Positions 38,592 through 50,850 of a stretch of 64,000 bases of DNA are shown here, piece after piece. The notes beneath the pieces were generated by a model. The model saw only the letters and a list, made by a program, of their open reading frames with translations, did no database searches and had not been told where the DNA came from. The DNA comes from Fimicolochytrium jonesii. Taxonomy: Eukaryota. The position numbers and the translations under genes are program-made. Within the stretch, counting starts at the first letter, position 1. The number at the start of each line of letters is the position of its first letter. The DNA is taken from contig NW_026515699.1 of NCBI RefSeq assembly GCF_025526975.1, positions 62,001 through 126,000 on the forward strand. The letters run 5' to 3'.

Positions 38592-39923
38592 TCCCTATAT
38601 ACGCCGTCTCCCTATAAACGCCTATTTACGCCAAACTCTACTTGTATCTACATTCTCGTCAACCTATGATCTCTCTGCTATCATTGCGCGATAGAACGCC
38701 GAACTAGAAGTTCCTTCTGCTGAACAATTCGTTAGCTGATTCCAATCCTGAAAATAGGTTAGACTCCTTTGATCTACTTCCGCGGGGACGACATTTCTTC
38801 TATGGTTCTCGGGCGAAACACCATGCGGCGAGACCGAAACAAAGAGCCCGACGACCGTAGGGGCGGTTAGAGTCTCCCGCGCTGGGGCTCCACCCCGCAC
38901 CTCCGGTTCAAAATCTTGGATAGCATGCCGAATTGACGCCCGGGACGCAAGGGGGCGTCGGTCTTGCTGAGCTCACCTCGGTTCAGGGGGAGCCACTATA
39001 TCACCCACTTCCATGGGAGTGGGAACGGCAACGGCAGGGACGAGTTGGGGCTGAGGGCGAGCCGCGCGCCAGTCTCCTAAGTTCAAGAGCGGGGCCTCCG
39101 AACGCACGCCGCACGGTGGCGATCGTGCTCGCGCTGTGATGGCTGGCCGGAGGTTCGGCTCTTGTGCTCCAAGAGCTGCTGGTCGGGTCGTCTGGGCACG
39201 CCGGGCACGTGGGAGTAGGCGACCCCCAGGGCCCAAGAGAACTACCTGGTAGTTCAGAGCGCTGCCGGTGGCCTTTCTCATTCGGCGAAGATCAGTCTTG
39301 GCGGATTTCGGTCCGGTCCGCCTCTCCGACGTCGGGCGGCATTGCGACCATGAGGGGTCCTCCACCTCCATGCGGGCAACGACGGGATGCTCCCTGTTGC
39401 AGTAGTGCCACCAGACGAGCGCCGCGTCAACGTCGCAGCCTTCGTACTGCTTGGGGTCGTGGCGGACGAGGGGAATGGTGCTGGGTTTGAACCTGCGCTA
39501 ACATAACTTCCCGCAGCAGAGTCATTGATTCCCAGAGGCGCTTTGTTGACGATCCAGCGGTCCTTCCTCATTTGAATGGGATCTGAATGATCCCGCAATC
39601 TGTACCGACGCACAGTTCTCCTCCCAACATCCCATATTTGCTGGTGGTGGGTCGGGAGGTTATGGTTGTGATATGTGATATGCTTCTCTACGGTACGGGT
39701 TGAGGAGTCCCAGACGTCGAAGCTGTTCAAGCTGAAAAGGACGGCGAGACTTGCAAGGTCATCTGCGCGTCGCTCGCTGCAACTGTGCTGCGACGCTGGT
39801 CCTTCAACCGCTGGTTCAACCGCAGGCTGAACCGCAGGTGGAACGGTGGAATCCTGTGGAATCCTCTGGGAATCCTCACGTACTGCATCCCTGAACAATC
39901 GAACAGAGAAAGTATACTTCGTA

Positions 39924-42113
39924 ATGACCGCCAAAGGTAAGTGTGCTTGCTTCACCCTGTCCCAGCAGCAGCAAAGGCGGTCAGCGAACCCTCTACACCA
40001 GTCAAAAACTAACTATTGGACATTTTCCTCATCCCAATTTTCCGACGTAAAAAGACGAACACATCGCCGTAACCCGGTTCCGCGAATTCCTGAGAGTCAA
40101 AACGGTTCAGCCAAAACCCGACTATGTGGGATGTGAGGCGTTCTTGAAGAAGTATGCTGAGGAGTTGGGGTTGGCTTACACAGGCGTCGAGGTAAGATGA
40201 TGGTCATCCTGAGGGAAAGGGAATAGGGCTGGGCCCGGGTCGGGGGAAGCATGAGTGCAAACGGGGATGCAGTGGGGCGAGGGAAGGTTTGAACGGGTAG
40301 CGCTCGCGACGGGAAAGCGCCATGGGCGGTACGCGATCACCTGTGCCTTCCACGTAAGTGCGGAAAGGCGCATGGTACCGACCTAAGGTGCTGGCGGACT
40401 TGGTGTTTTGCGTGAAGCGGAAGGATGCGAGAGCAGGGGCCCGAACAATGCTCGCGGAATACGCCGACGGCATCTCCTTGGGCAGCGAAGCGAGCATCCC
40501 ACATCCAGTCTTATCCTGCCCGCTAATTCTCCTTCCCTTTCATCAACTATAGTGCGTGAAGGGCAAGCCCATCTGCATTCTAACCTGGGCCGGCACGGAC
40601 GCCTCGCTGCCGTCCATTATGCTCAACTGCCACTCGGATGTTGTACCTGTCAGCGCTGACAAGTGGACGCATGATCCTTTTGCGGCGGATAAGCTGGAGA
40701 ATGGGGATATCATTGCCAGAGGGTAGGTGTCACTTGCGACTCAGGTCGAGGGCGACTGCGAGCGGAAAGGTATTTCAATGGCGCTGACATCGGTTCCTCA
40801 TCCCACAGAGCGCAGGATATGAAGTGTGTCGGAATCCAGTACCTGGAAGCCATCCGCATCTTGAAGCAGCAGCAAAAGGTCCAGCTGAAGCGGACATGTG
40901 AGTACACTCTATTCCTTCTCTTGGCATGAAGTGATTCAGAGTGAGAGCGGTAATCCGTCGTCTGCCACCTCAGTGCATGTAACCTTTGTGCCCGATGAAG
41001 AGATCGGCGGTCAAGACGGAATGAAACTGTTTGTCAAGACGGACGACTACAAGAAGCTCAACATCGGATTCGCGCTCGATGAAGGGCTGGCCAATCCCGG
41101 GGATGCGTACAAGGTGTTTTATGGCGAACGCGCGCCGTGGTGGTTGACCATTACCGCCAAGGTAAGGGGATGTGGATTGGATTGGCTGAATCTGAGGAAG
41201 TTCGTTGCGCGTGAACGGAGGTTGACACAGTTTCCGAACTTTCCTAAGGGAAAAGCCGGCCATGGAAGCCAGTTCCTTGAGCCGTCCGCCACCGTTCGCC
41301 TGGTACGTTTCATTGCTGCTCTCTGTCCAAATCTGATTACCTGTCACTCACCCAAACCGACTGCACACAGCTCAAAGTCCTCAACAGATTCCTCGCCTTC
41401 CGCGACTCCGAATCCAACCGCCTCAAACACGGTCGCACCGCCAAATCCGTCCCCTTCCAGCTCGGCGACGTGACCACCACCAACATCACCATCCTCAAAG
41501 CCGGCGTGCAGCACAATGTTGTGCCCGAGACCGCGTCCGCTGGCATCGATATCCGCGTGGCGCCTACAGTGGATTTGAATGCGTTCAAGGAGATGATTGA
41601 GGGGTGGTGTGCCGAGCAGGATGTGGGGATTGAGTATGTGAATACGTTTTGGTCGAATGCAACGACGGCGCCGGAGGATCATAACCCTTGGTGGAGGTTG
41701 TTGAAGGGTGTTGCGGAGAAACGGTATGGAATATGGATGTTGTGATGTATCATATCGCTATGTGCCACTAATCTCCACTTTTATTCATCACCCAAATACA
41801 GGAAAGTCGACTTGGAACCGGAAATCTTCCCCGCCGCAACAGGTACGTTCACTCCACTCCATCTCCGGCACCTCCGATCCTTCACACTCCATAACTAACT
41901 GCACTCCCATTCCTCCCACCACCCCCAGACTCCCGCTACATCCGCGAAATCGGCATCCCAGCGTTCGGCATCTCGCCCATGCGCAACACCCCCGTCCTCC
42001 TGCACGACCATGACGAGTACCTCAACGAACGCGTCTTCCTCGACGGCGTCGATTTCTACACGGATCTCGTGCCAGCGCTGGCCAACAACACCGAGGAGTT
42101 GGTGGAGCGGTAA
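39924..42113 (+). CDS. ACY1: Aminoacylase-1 (M20A N-acyl-L-amino-acid amidohydrolase), about 9 exons
   Basis: Spliced reading is [124 protein letters not shown]. Stop codon at 42111-42113. Confidence 0.95.
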
Positions 42114-42400
42114 GGGAGGGGTGACAATTAGTAGCGCACCCGGGAGCACCCCCATCGTTTTTGTAGACATCCTTGCAGGAATAGGGTGTAGGTCATCTTC
42201 GTCATTACTTTTCCGGCGTATTGGATTCTAGGTGGCCTGCGCATCACGAACTGATCTGTAATTTCATGACTTTTTTCCCTTTCATATTTGTGCATTTACA
42301 AGTTGCCATCATCGGCGACGCCTCAGGCAGAGGTACAATGATGTGGATGGCAGATAACCACCACGGAAAATGGAATGGGGTGAAAATTCTAGACTACCGG

Positions 42401-44030
42401 TTACGGGAGATTGCGTCTGGTCATTGCGTCTGGTCTGCGGCCATTGCCAAACACCACCGAACGCACAATCGAGAGGAAATTCTTGGTGCTTAGGACGTCC
42501 CGATTGTGCACTCATCTGTAGTGGTCGTCTTCCAGGAATCTCAAATGGCGTCCAGTCTTGGTTGATACATTCGGGGTTGGGGCAACCCACCAATCCATGG
42601 ACGTATTCCATTCTTCCCTTTCTAGCTTGCCACGGCCGAGATGACTGCCGCCGTCGGATGTTTTTCTTCACACGGCCGTGGCAGTCTGGACACACGGAAG
42701 ACGTTCGATACTCATCTAGCAAGCAACATGGAATGTTGTTTCTTGCAAACAGTGTGCGGAATCTGATTTCCCTGATGAGTTAGTGTGATGTGGACTACCT
42801 TCCACACGGGTTGTATAACAGATGTTCATATACAATAACTACTTTGCTATAAGGTATTGTAGACAGACTGGATGTTCGTCGGCGCTGCTATTCGATATGC
42901 AGTAAAAGAACTATTTGTTGTGCATAGGAACGCGCGACGAGCACTGTTATAGTACCCATGAGGTTGGAGTCCACTGGAGAACACTGTCTGGAAGGCCTTT
43001 CATCTAGACAGCGATAGGTCTTTCACTGATGTTGGGGGAATCATCCTCCCGAGCCCCTGGTTAGGGTTCCCGTGGTTTAGTCCCCGGTTAGGGTTCTAGT
43101 AGTTCATTTCCCCTCGTGACTCACCTCCCGCTTACGCCACGCTTACGTGTACGGGACTTCACGCTTTTCTTCCCTCACGTACCTCGTGTCCTCTTTCCAG
43201 ACTAGACAAAACTTCTCTGTCTAACTTCATATACAATAAAGGGCTTCGTCTCCCCATTACATAGAGTTCGCTCAGTTACCTGCTTCCTCTGCCGACTACT
43301 GCTAAGTACTGACGCGTCGTTCTCCAATAAGACCGGACAACCCACATTACAGTTAGCATATTATGATACATAGTAACACTGATAGTCACTCACCCTTTGG
43401 TCTTTGATGACTCCTGAAAGCGCATGGTCTTTCCGGCGTCGCTCCAATCACCCAAGATGACCGCAAAAATGCTTTCCATACAGGGGTCGCATGTTCTTGA
43501 TGAGCTTGCTCTCAGACTTTTGCCGCAGTGAGAAAGCCTTGAATCTGCGAGCCACGTGAATCTCATCCTGGTAAAACTCATCCAGGGCGGGATCTGGGAT
43601 ATGGATGTCAGCCCATGTATTACCAAATTTGAAGACGAGGCATTATACATCATAACTGCATGTTTGTAATCCACGATGAACGCTGAGGACGCCTCGATGT
43701 TCATGCTCTTGTGCGACGGAATATGTGATTCCATCTCAGCGATTGGATGCGACGCGAGCGACATCCATCTCGCCAGCGACGGCATTGATCTTTCACTCCG
43801 TCATGTCTCGAACGCCCGTTGATTGGATGTGTATCTGATACGGGGTGGTGCATTGTGAGGACGCTGCAACGGAATGTCAAAAGTAGTAATCCACTGAAAC
43901 GTACGGAAATGACCGCTCCTTCTTGATGTCTCGACAGAACAAGAGGTCACGCTTGCCCGGATCAATGCTGACGATGTTTGGAGCCTCCCTGGAGCCTCCC
44001 TCTCTGGACACGCTGATAATACTGTCGCCG
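42401..44030 (-). pseudogene. Fanzor (eukaryotic TnpB-like RuvC RNA-guided endonuclease), C-terminal half, intron-containing, with frameshifts and stops
   Basis: In order: RuvC-I IVSIDPGKRDLLFC; RYTSNQRAFET; RRFKAFSLRQKSESKLIKNM...YGKHF/AVILGDWSDAG; KG|FRTLF across an intron (42763-43393); RuvC-II LLDEYRTSSVCPDC; zinc finger HGLVGCPNPEC; RuvC-III HNRDVLSTKNFLSI...GRRPDAMTR; stop at 42401. Confidence 0.85.
42945..43378. mobile_element. Possible solo LTR inside the Fanzor intron
   Basis: TGTTA...TAACA inverted termini and an internal AATAAA. The intron is far longer than most others in the window. No target-site duplication seen. Confidence 0.3.
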
Positions 44031-44416
44031 CTGCCCTCGGTTGGCTCTGGCTCTACGGAGATGCAGTACGAGATTGGATGTCGGAGGCGAGTGGATGCGT
44101 TGAGGTCAGATTGCCCGCAGCCGAGATAACTGGTGTGTGTACAGGTGTTGCAGGTGATTGCCGTGATAGCTGTGTGTCAAAGAACTCGCGTCAGTGCTGT
44201 GGTAATGAAGCTGAGAACGGTGAGGAATTGCGGTTGTTACCTGGTGGTGGTCGGCGAGTACAGATCTGCTCGCAATTGCGTTGGGAAAGAAGGGGGTTGG
44301 GGTCTTCCTGTAAGGCCGAGCGTGAAGCTGTAAGGCCGGGCGTGATGGGTGTAAGGCCGGACTTGGAGCCTTCACCGGCGGACTTAGAGCCTTTGTTCTG
44401 GACCCTCTCTACGTCG

Positions 44417-44652
44417 TTTGGAACCGCACTTGTCGCGCAAAACATCGCAGCCGGAGATTGCGTTTGGAACCGCACTTGTCGCGCAAAACATCATCGCTGA
44501 TAAGATGGACAGCGTGCTGCACCATCGCGCATCGCAGCCGGAGATTGCGTCTTATCAGCGATGATGTTTTGCGCGACGAGTGCGGTTCCAAACGCAATCT
44601 CCAGCTGCGATGCGCGATGGTGCAGCACGCTGTCCATCTTATCGGCGACGAT
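44417..44652. repeat. Scrambled inverted duplication (A'-A-B-A(rc)-B(rc))
   Basis: gcgtttggaaccgcacttgtcgcgcaaaacatcatcgctgataaga and tggacagcgtgctgcaccatcgcgcatcgcagccggagatt each recur as near-exact reverse complements immediately downstream. Confidence 0.9.
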
Positions 44653-44751
44653 GGGTGCCGTTCTTGACGGTGCTGCTGATGCCCGTTGCGACCTTGTTGG
44701 CCTGGTTAGCGGCGGTCTCGGTCACGGAAGGAGCGGCGGCGCCGTCGTCGG

Positions 44752-45213
44752 TCAAGTTGGCCGAGCTGGCGGGAGACGAGCGATGGGGTGGGTGGGTGTG
44801 GTGGTGTCGGTGGTGCCGGTGGTAAGGGCGGTGAGGCTGTTGTTGGTCAGGGCTTGGGTGATGGCGGGGTCGATGCCCTGCAATGTTGGAGTCACCACAA
44901 CCTCGAACCAGCAATCGGGGATGTCTTTCTTGGTGGCGACGAACCAATAATCCCCTACTGGTAACCTGCGCGCCTTTGTCAGGCCGTTTGCTACCTTCCC
45001 GAAATCTTCCGCACCGAGACGCGATACAAAGCTCCCATCTCCCTCAACCTCTCTCACCCGCATGCCCTCCCCGTTCCCCCCCACGACACAGAAACGTACG
45101 CGATCCCCCTCATCCAGGACGAGCCTGGGGACAGGTCCCCCGAGAGGCAGGTTCTGCGTTAGCAGATTGGAGGACGAGGTGACGATGACCGCCATCACGG
45201 TAGAAGAGGGCAT
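44752..45213 (-). CDS. Unknown multicopy beta-rich module (LDEGD / EGMRVR / DFG family)
   Basis: MPSSTVMAVIVTSSSNLLTQNLPLGGPVPRLVLDEGDRVRFCVVGGNGEGMRVREVEGDGSFVSRLGAEDFGKVANGLT...GDYWFV, homologous to 9900-10730 and 48330-48450. Confidence 0.45.
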   Translation of the reverse strand: MPSSTVMAVIVTSSSNLLTQNLPLGGPVPRLVLDEGDRVRFCVVGGNGEGMRVREVEGDGSFVSRLGAEDFGKVANGLTKARRLPVGDYWFVATKKDIPDCWFEVVVTPTLQGIDPAITQALTNNSLTALTTGTTDTTTPTHPIARLPPARPT

Positions 45214-46256
45214 GATTGCGTGGTGCGGTGGTAGATGCTGCTGCTGCTGCTGCTTGCTTCCGGCGACGACGAGAAGGATCTGCAGAAGTACGGCGGAAGG
45301 AGTACGTATGGCATCTGGGCAGGGTATGGTCCGCTCTCTCTCTATCTCCCTCCCTCTATCTCCCTCATCCCCCGGATGCATACGCCATATGCGCGAATCC
45401 GGGGGCTGCTGACGGTGGTTGGATACGCCATATGCGCCAAACCATCTGGGTAGGGTATGGTCCACTTTCTCTCTCTATCTCCCTCCCTCTCTCTTTGATT
45501 GCGGTTGTTACCTGGTAGTGGTCGGCGAAAGGATATATACTGGGTCAACACGGGTGGTGGTCGGCGAAAGAATGTACTGTACAGAGAGGTTTGAATTACT
45601 TCCGGGGCAAGAATGAGAAGACTGGTTTTGGAGTCACCTTGTAAACAAAAAGCAAAACAGGAAGCTGACGGGTGTGCTGTAGGTGTGTAGGTCAAAGTTC
45701 AAAGAAGATCTTGGCAATGGCGGTGGCAACGGCGGTGGCAACGGCGATGGCAACGGCGATGGCAACGGCGGTGGCAACGGCGGTGAGAGGGTGTGGAAGA
45801 ACTGGTGAAGAAGACCTGCAGCTACGGGTAGTAACAAGGCTGGCCACGGCAATGGCGGTGGCAATGGCGGTGGCAATGGCGGTGGCAATGGCGATGGCAA
45901 TGGTGGTGGCAACGGCGGTGAGAGGGTGTGGGAATTGAACTCGTTGCCTGCACGTCTGCAGGGAGAGCAAGAATCAACTATGTATGCCAAACCAGATTGA
46001 AGGAATGAGATTGGGGGTGTAGAGCAGGGTGTAGAGAGCGTCCGAGAGAGCATTCCATCACGTGGGTTTCATCACGTGAGCGGTGACATCTGATTATTCC
46101 ATGTCTTCGCAAAAATGCTATACATAAATATCTGCCTAAGGGTGAGTGTGAAAAGATACAGTGAAGCAAAAGGGGGAGTCGTTGCCACGCACACGGCGGT
46201 CTCCACCCATGCCGGATTAGTGATTGTTGGGCAGAAGTATTTCTCGCTAAGTAGGT

Positions 46257-47630
46257 TTAGTCCTGGTGGTTGGCCTTCTTCTTGGCTTCCCGCTTCTCCT
46301 TGGCCTTGATTTCCTTTTCGGTTGTTGGCTTGACGGTTTCTCTATTGAAGTTGAAAAGAGTGGTGTTGGTGTGAGTATTCCCCAATGATAGACACCATCG
46401 CGCTCTCTACGCAGGCCTACATACCCGAAAGGGTTAGCGGCCTTCCAAGGCCTAACCAACTCCGCAACTGGCTGCTTGCCCAACAAATGGATCTGGACGA
46501 GCTGAGTCGAGTAAAGAGCCTTGAAGCCGAGGATGGACTGCAAGAGAAGGGGGCGGAGGTATCCAAACTTGAAGTGCATGAGACCGAGGATGGCTGCGGC
46601 GATGGCCTGCGAGCGGAGCTGCTCGATGATCTTTTTGATGTCGTAGTCTTTGACGGTGGTGCGGATCGTGGTTGTGTTGCTGGGGTCTAGAGCGTTCGCC
46701 GCCTCCGTGTAGACTAGTGGTGTTTGGTCTGTTTGGGGAAGGGATGTGCGGAGGATGAGTGGAGATTTGTGTATGGGTACGACTTTCAGCTGTCTTTGAC
46801 CGCAACCAATGTCCAGATGTTCTAAAGCTGCGCACGATTGGCACGGATATGTGCGGGACTACTATTGCGCCCCACATTCTTCTCGCTTTCGCTTGCCGCG
46901 CACAACCAAACACCCTCGTGTCGGGTCCGTCGCCTCTCAACCCTCTGTACTCACCATTAGCAGCGACGACCTTGCTGTAAATGAGACCCCAAACAATAAC
47001 GGAGACGATCTGCATGCCGAGGTAGGCAGCACGGAGGTAGGGGGTGTTCTCCTCCTTGTCGAGCTCAAACTTGTTGGCCTGCATGTCATGGAAAAAGTAA
47101 GTAAGCCATGTGGATGGAGGTATCGAAGCGAAAGCGAGGCAATAGATAGCTGGCGACAGATGAACGATGGCCCTTTGGCTTTTCTTGTGACAAGGGTGTT
47201 GGGCAAGCGATGTGGATATGTCGGGTGTGTAATAACGTGTTACGCCTTTGGCGCAACGATGTCGCTGTTGCTCAAATCTCGTTCGGCAAATCAGAGCCGT
47301 GCGAGTTGGACATGACGCATTCAGCGTTGCACTCGCTCCCCTCTCCGCTCACAAACTACTCGCCCCAGGTAGCGCTCAGCTCTGCCGTGCGCATCATTCT
47401 CGAGCCCCGACCGTCCACCCGCCTTCCATCCCACCAACCGGCTAACCCCCACAGCTCTCCTGTTCCCTTATTGTAACGCACCACTTGCATGAGCCCAAAG
47501 ACCACGATCAGGTTGGTGATCTGTGAGTACGAGAGAGCGGGAGTGAGTGTGTGAGTGAAGTGATCAACGAAACGAGAATGTGGGTTGCGAGTGAAGAAAG
47601 GAGTAGCCATGTACTTACGGCGGGGTTCAT
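46257..47630 (-). CDS. PHO88: PHO88/SND3-family ER membrane protein, 5 exons
   Basis: Spliced reading is MNPA/ITNLIVVFGLMQV/ANKFELD...YLRAAYLGMQ.../DQTPLVYTE...TTVKDYD...MHFKFGYLRPLLLQSI...IHLLGKQPVAELVRPWKAANPFG/ETVKPTTEKE...HQD*. Introns are canonical. Confidence 0.9.
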
Positions 47631-48329
47631 TGTGAGGGATATGTACTGGGGTATGTGGGAGAGAGTCGTTGCAGTCGGATCAGCCAGCGGCTCTTGTTGA
47701 GGGCTTTCCGTTTGGAAGTGGAATGCTCAACTTCGATGTTGGCAGCGGTTGGCAGCCAACCTCGTCTTGTTGGGCCGCGGCGGTTACAGAATAAGGCGGT
47801 TGGGGCTGTAGTCATATCTTGCGCGACGTGGCGAATTTCAGAGGGAAACTCCGCGACGCTCGAAGTGGCAACCATTGTAACAAAGCGCAGGGATGATATG
47901 TACAGTACATATCCTGCAGTCATCTGGGATTCTTAGGCCCTATGCAATATGCTCAACGCTCTCTGCGGTTCACCTGTATAGGATGCCTGCCCAAACCTAC
48001 TCTTGCTCCACATGAAGTACCGGCACGACGGGCTTGCCATATCGGCCCAATTTACCATGAGCCCAAGATGAATGCATCTTAGGATTAAAGCCACCAAAAC
48101 ACTCCGTACTCCAAAGGTTTTAATGTTACACTTCCCCAGTGATCCAGTAGTCGTTACTCTCAGATTATGGGCATCGAATTGAGGAATGAAGGGAAGGCAT
48201 CGTATTGACAACATCGGGAGGGTAAAAGCGAAGTTTATAAGAAGGGAGTGTATATGACTATCTACTGCCCATAAAGCGCTCGCCCGACGCATCCTCGCTG
48301 GGGCTTCGCTGAGGGGAGCCATTCATCCG

Positions 48330-48950
48330 GTGCAGGGGACGGATGAGTGGACACAAACAAATGTGTCCCCACCGCGACCCATCCTGCTCCTCTCGCACCC
48401 GCATCCCCTCTCCATCCCCCTCCACCACTCGTCGCCCTCGTCCAGGACCGTTAAGGGGACGGTGGGTCGACGTAGTCCTCCTCGTTTTCTTCATCGTCGC
48501 TCTTCGCCACGACGGTCAACCATGCGGTTGCGTTGAGCCTGGCTGTCGTGCCCGTGAATGCCATGTAGATATGTTCATGGCGCCCATCTAGAGTTATCCG
48601 GCCCCTCGCGTGCAGGATGAGGCGGTTTCGCATGCAGGATGAGGCGGTTTCGCGTGCAGGATGAGGCGGTTGGTAAACACGCAGGAACTGGCGGCGGTCA
48701 CTTCCGCTAGTCGCTGCTTCCGATCCATTTCCCACCTGATCCGGATCGTGGTTCCCACCGGGATCGTGGTTCCCACCGTTGTGACGACGTGAGAGGGGTG
48801 GAACCCGTTGTTTGTCATTCTGATTTCGATTCCGTTGAACACCTCCTCCTCGTCCTCGTCCTCCTCGTCTACACGGAAGGTGTCGTCTACACGGAAGGTG
48901 TTTTCGGCAGCGGTGGTGGCTACGGTTGGGGGACGCGGACGCCAGGTCAT
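48330..48950 (-). pseudogene. Second, disrupted copy of the cupredoxin-like gene, abutting a VLDEGD/EGMRVR module
   Basis: High nucleotide similarity to 11440-11865, with short internal tandem duplications (gtgcaggatgaggcggtttc x3, ggatcgtggttcccacc x2) that break the frame. Confidence 0.8.
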
Positions 48951-49200
48951 GATTGCGAGCGTGCCGAGAGATTGACGGCTTCTGCTTCTTGATGGCGGCG
49001 TTGAGCTGCTCTTGCCAAACTGACTTGGAGGTTTTCTTCGGGTTTGATCGCCATTAACCTTCTTCTTTCCAGCTCCGCCCGATATAGTTTATTTTCTCTA
49101 AGAATTGCAAGCCGAAAGTCAGTTTGAGCGACCAAAGAGATTTTGAAGGCCACCTTTTCCATACGTTTGTGCATTGAGAATGGGAAGAGCCGATCTGTAG
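48950..49200 (-). pseudogene. Fragment paralogous to the last exon of the gene at 62410-63445
   Basis: KLYRAELERRRLMAIKPEENLQVSLARAAQRR aligns with QVYWRELELRRLNAIQHEKNRQANLARAQQRT. Confidence 0.55.
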
Positions 49201-49589
49201 CACTTTGTTTGGGGGTTGGCGCTTTTCAGGAGTTCTGGTTGGTAAAAGTCCGCAGTAAGTAATTTCGTCCAACAGACAAGCTACCGTTGCTCCTCATACC
49301 TGTTTAGTTACCTTGGCACCTGTTTAGTTACCAAGGGACCAGTGCGTCGACAAAGGAGAGGTTGTGCTACCGTATCTAATACTCGTGCCAAGGTAGCATA
49401 TACTGATATGCAACCTCTGGCTCGCGGGCGCGATCCTGAGGCACGTCTGAAAGACCAGTGAGATGGGAGGGAAGTTAGTATGGAACCAGTAGCAAGACAA
49501 GACATGAAGGATATGGTACGTACCGCGTTCTAGTAGTGTATTAGTGGCATACGCTAACTAACCCACTCGTAAATAGACGACGCAACGCC

Positions 49590-50850
49590 GGTCCAGCTGG
49601 TGTGCACCCATGGTACCAGTTCTTCCCGAGGAGAAAAGAGAACGGCGTCCCGCGCCAGGTCCAGGTCGTTGACCACAAGGACCAGCGGCACCGAGTCTTT
49701 CAGTGGCAAACTTTCATTGAGTTTCTGATCATCCACCCTGGCGGTGCGGCCGAAAGATCGCTGTGACATGTGCCAGCTCGACTTCTTGGCGTCGCCTGGG
49801 GTTGGGAGGGCAGGTGTGTGGAAAATGGGAGCGGGGAGGGAGTGAGGTGGCCCGAATAGTTTGGATTGGGAAGAAGCACCCGATTGAGGCGTTGGTGTGG
49901 GCATCGGTGGGGGGCGTTTGCCGGCGGCGGGCGCGCAAGTTGACGGGGCGAGGCTTCTCTTTGCCTTCCCGGATCCAGCCTCGCGCCAGGAGAGTTGTGA
50001 TACGGGCTTGTAGCTGTTCAAGTTCGGACGGCGCCATATGGTAGATGCGACCGTATACGGGCTTGCCGTTATCCGGTGTGGGAATCATGTGCAAGACATT
50101 CGGGACTACACGATCGTTCGGCACGAAGGCATTCCGGTGTTCATGTACAATATGGCGGACTTGCGATGGTACCGCGCTGAAATCGAGGTCGGCGGGCTTG
50201 TCCGGATCCTTGACGGGCTGGATATTGATGGCCCCAAGGGACACCGCTCCTTTCCGCAACGCCCGGCGCGCTTGGTTGTAAGTTAGTGGTTCGTTCGCGC
50301 TATCATATCCTGAATCGTGCTCGTCTACTTGCGCCACTTTTTTTTATATGGCGCCTCGACGGCAACCGAAGCGATGGGAAACGGGGGTTCGCAAACGACC
50401 ACTTATCCCAATCCAGCTTGACACGAGCATTAAGTTTCAGGGTTCTGCTTCATGGGTACGTCGATGAAGGCGTCGGTAGGCAACAGATGCTTCGCTTGGG
50501 TGTCTGGGTTGGTGAAGGATAAGGCGACTCGTGGTCCCATGGTAACGAATGCCGGTGCGCAGGCCATAAACCAAGGTCGCCCGATAATGGCGTCGTAGCG
50601 GATTTTCGCAACCAAGAAGGGTAACTTCTCCTCGTATCCGTACAACTTGACATCTTGGATGGTGTATGCCGTCGACGAACCGTGGGCGTCGCGAGCTGCG
50701 TAGTCGAGACGGATGCTCGAGGACTTTGTGCGCAACCTTGCGGTGTTTACGAAGTTATCGCTGAGGATGTACGACGTACAGCCGGTATCGAGGAGAATAG
50801 TGGCCGGGCGGCTCGCGATCGTGCCGTGTACGGTCAAACGGGCATCGGTG
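49590..50850 (-). mobile_element. Ty3/Gypsy LTR retrotransposon pol remnant (protease and N-terminal RT)
   Basis: Retropepsin TILLDTGCTSYILS...RYDAIIGRPWF; pre-RT HMIPTPDNGKPVYGRIYHMAPSELEQLQARITTLLARGWIR; decayed RT VDDQKLN...KDSVPL...DLARDAVLFS. A related ~60-bp piece lies at about 11090-11150. Confidence 0.85.

Noticed and set aside
39278..39955. 225-aa minus-strand ORF
   Set aside because: It overlaps the ACY1 first exon and promoter, has a non-ATG start and shows no motif support.
42401..44030. An active Fanzor nuclease at this locus
   Set aside because: It has in-frame TGA stops, several frameshifts and no recognisable N-terminal REC/WED region.
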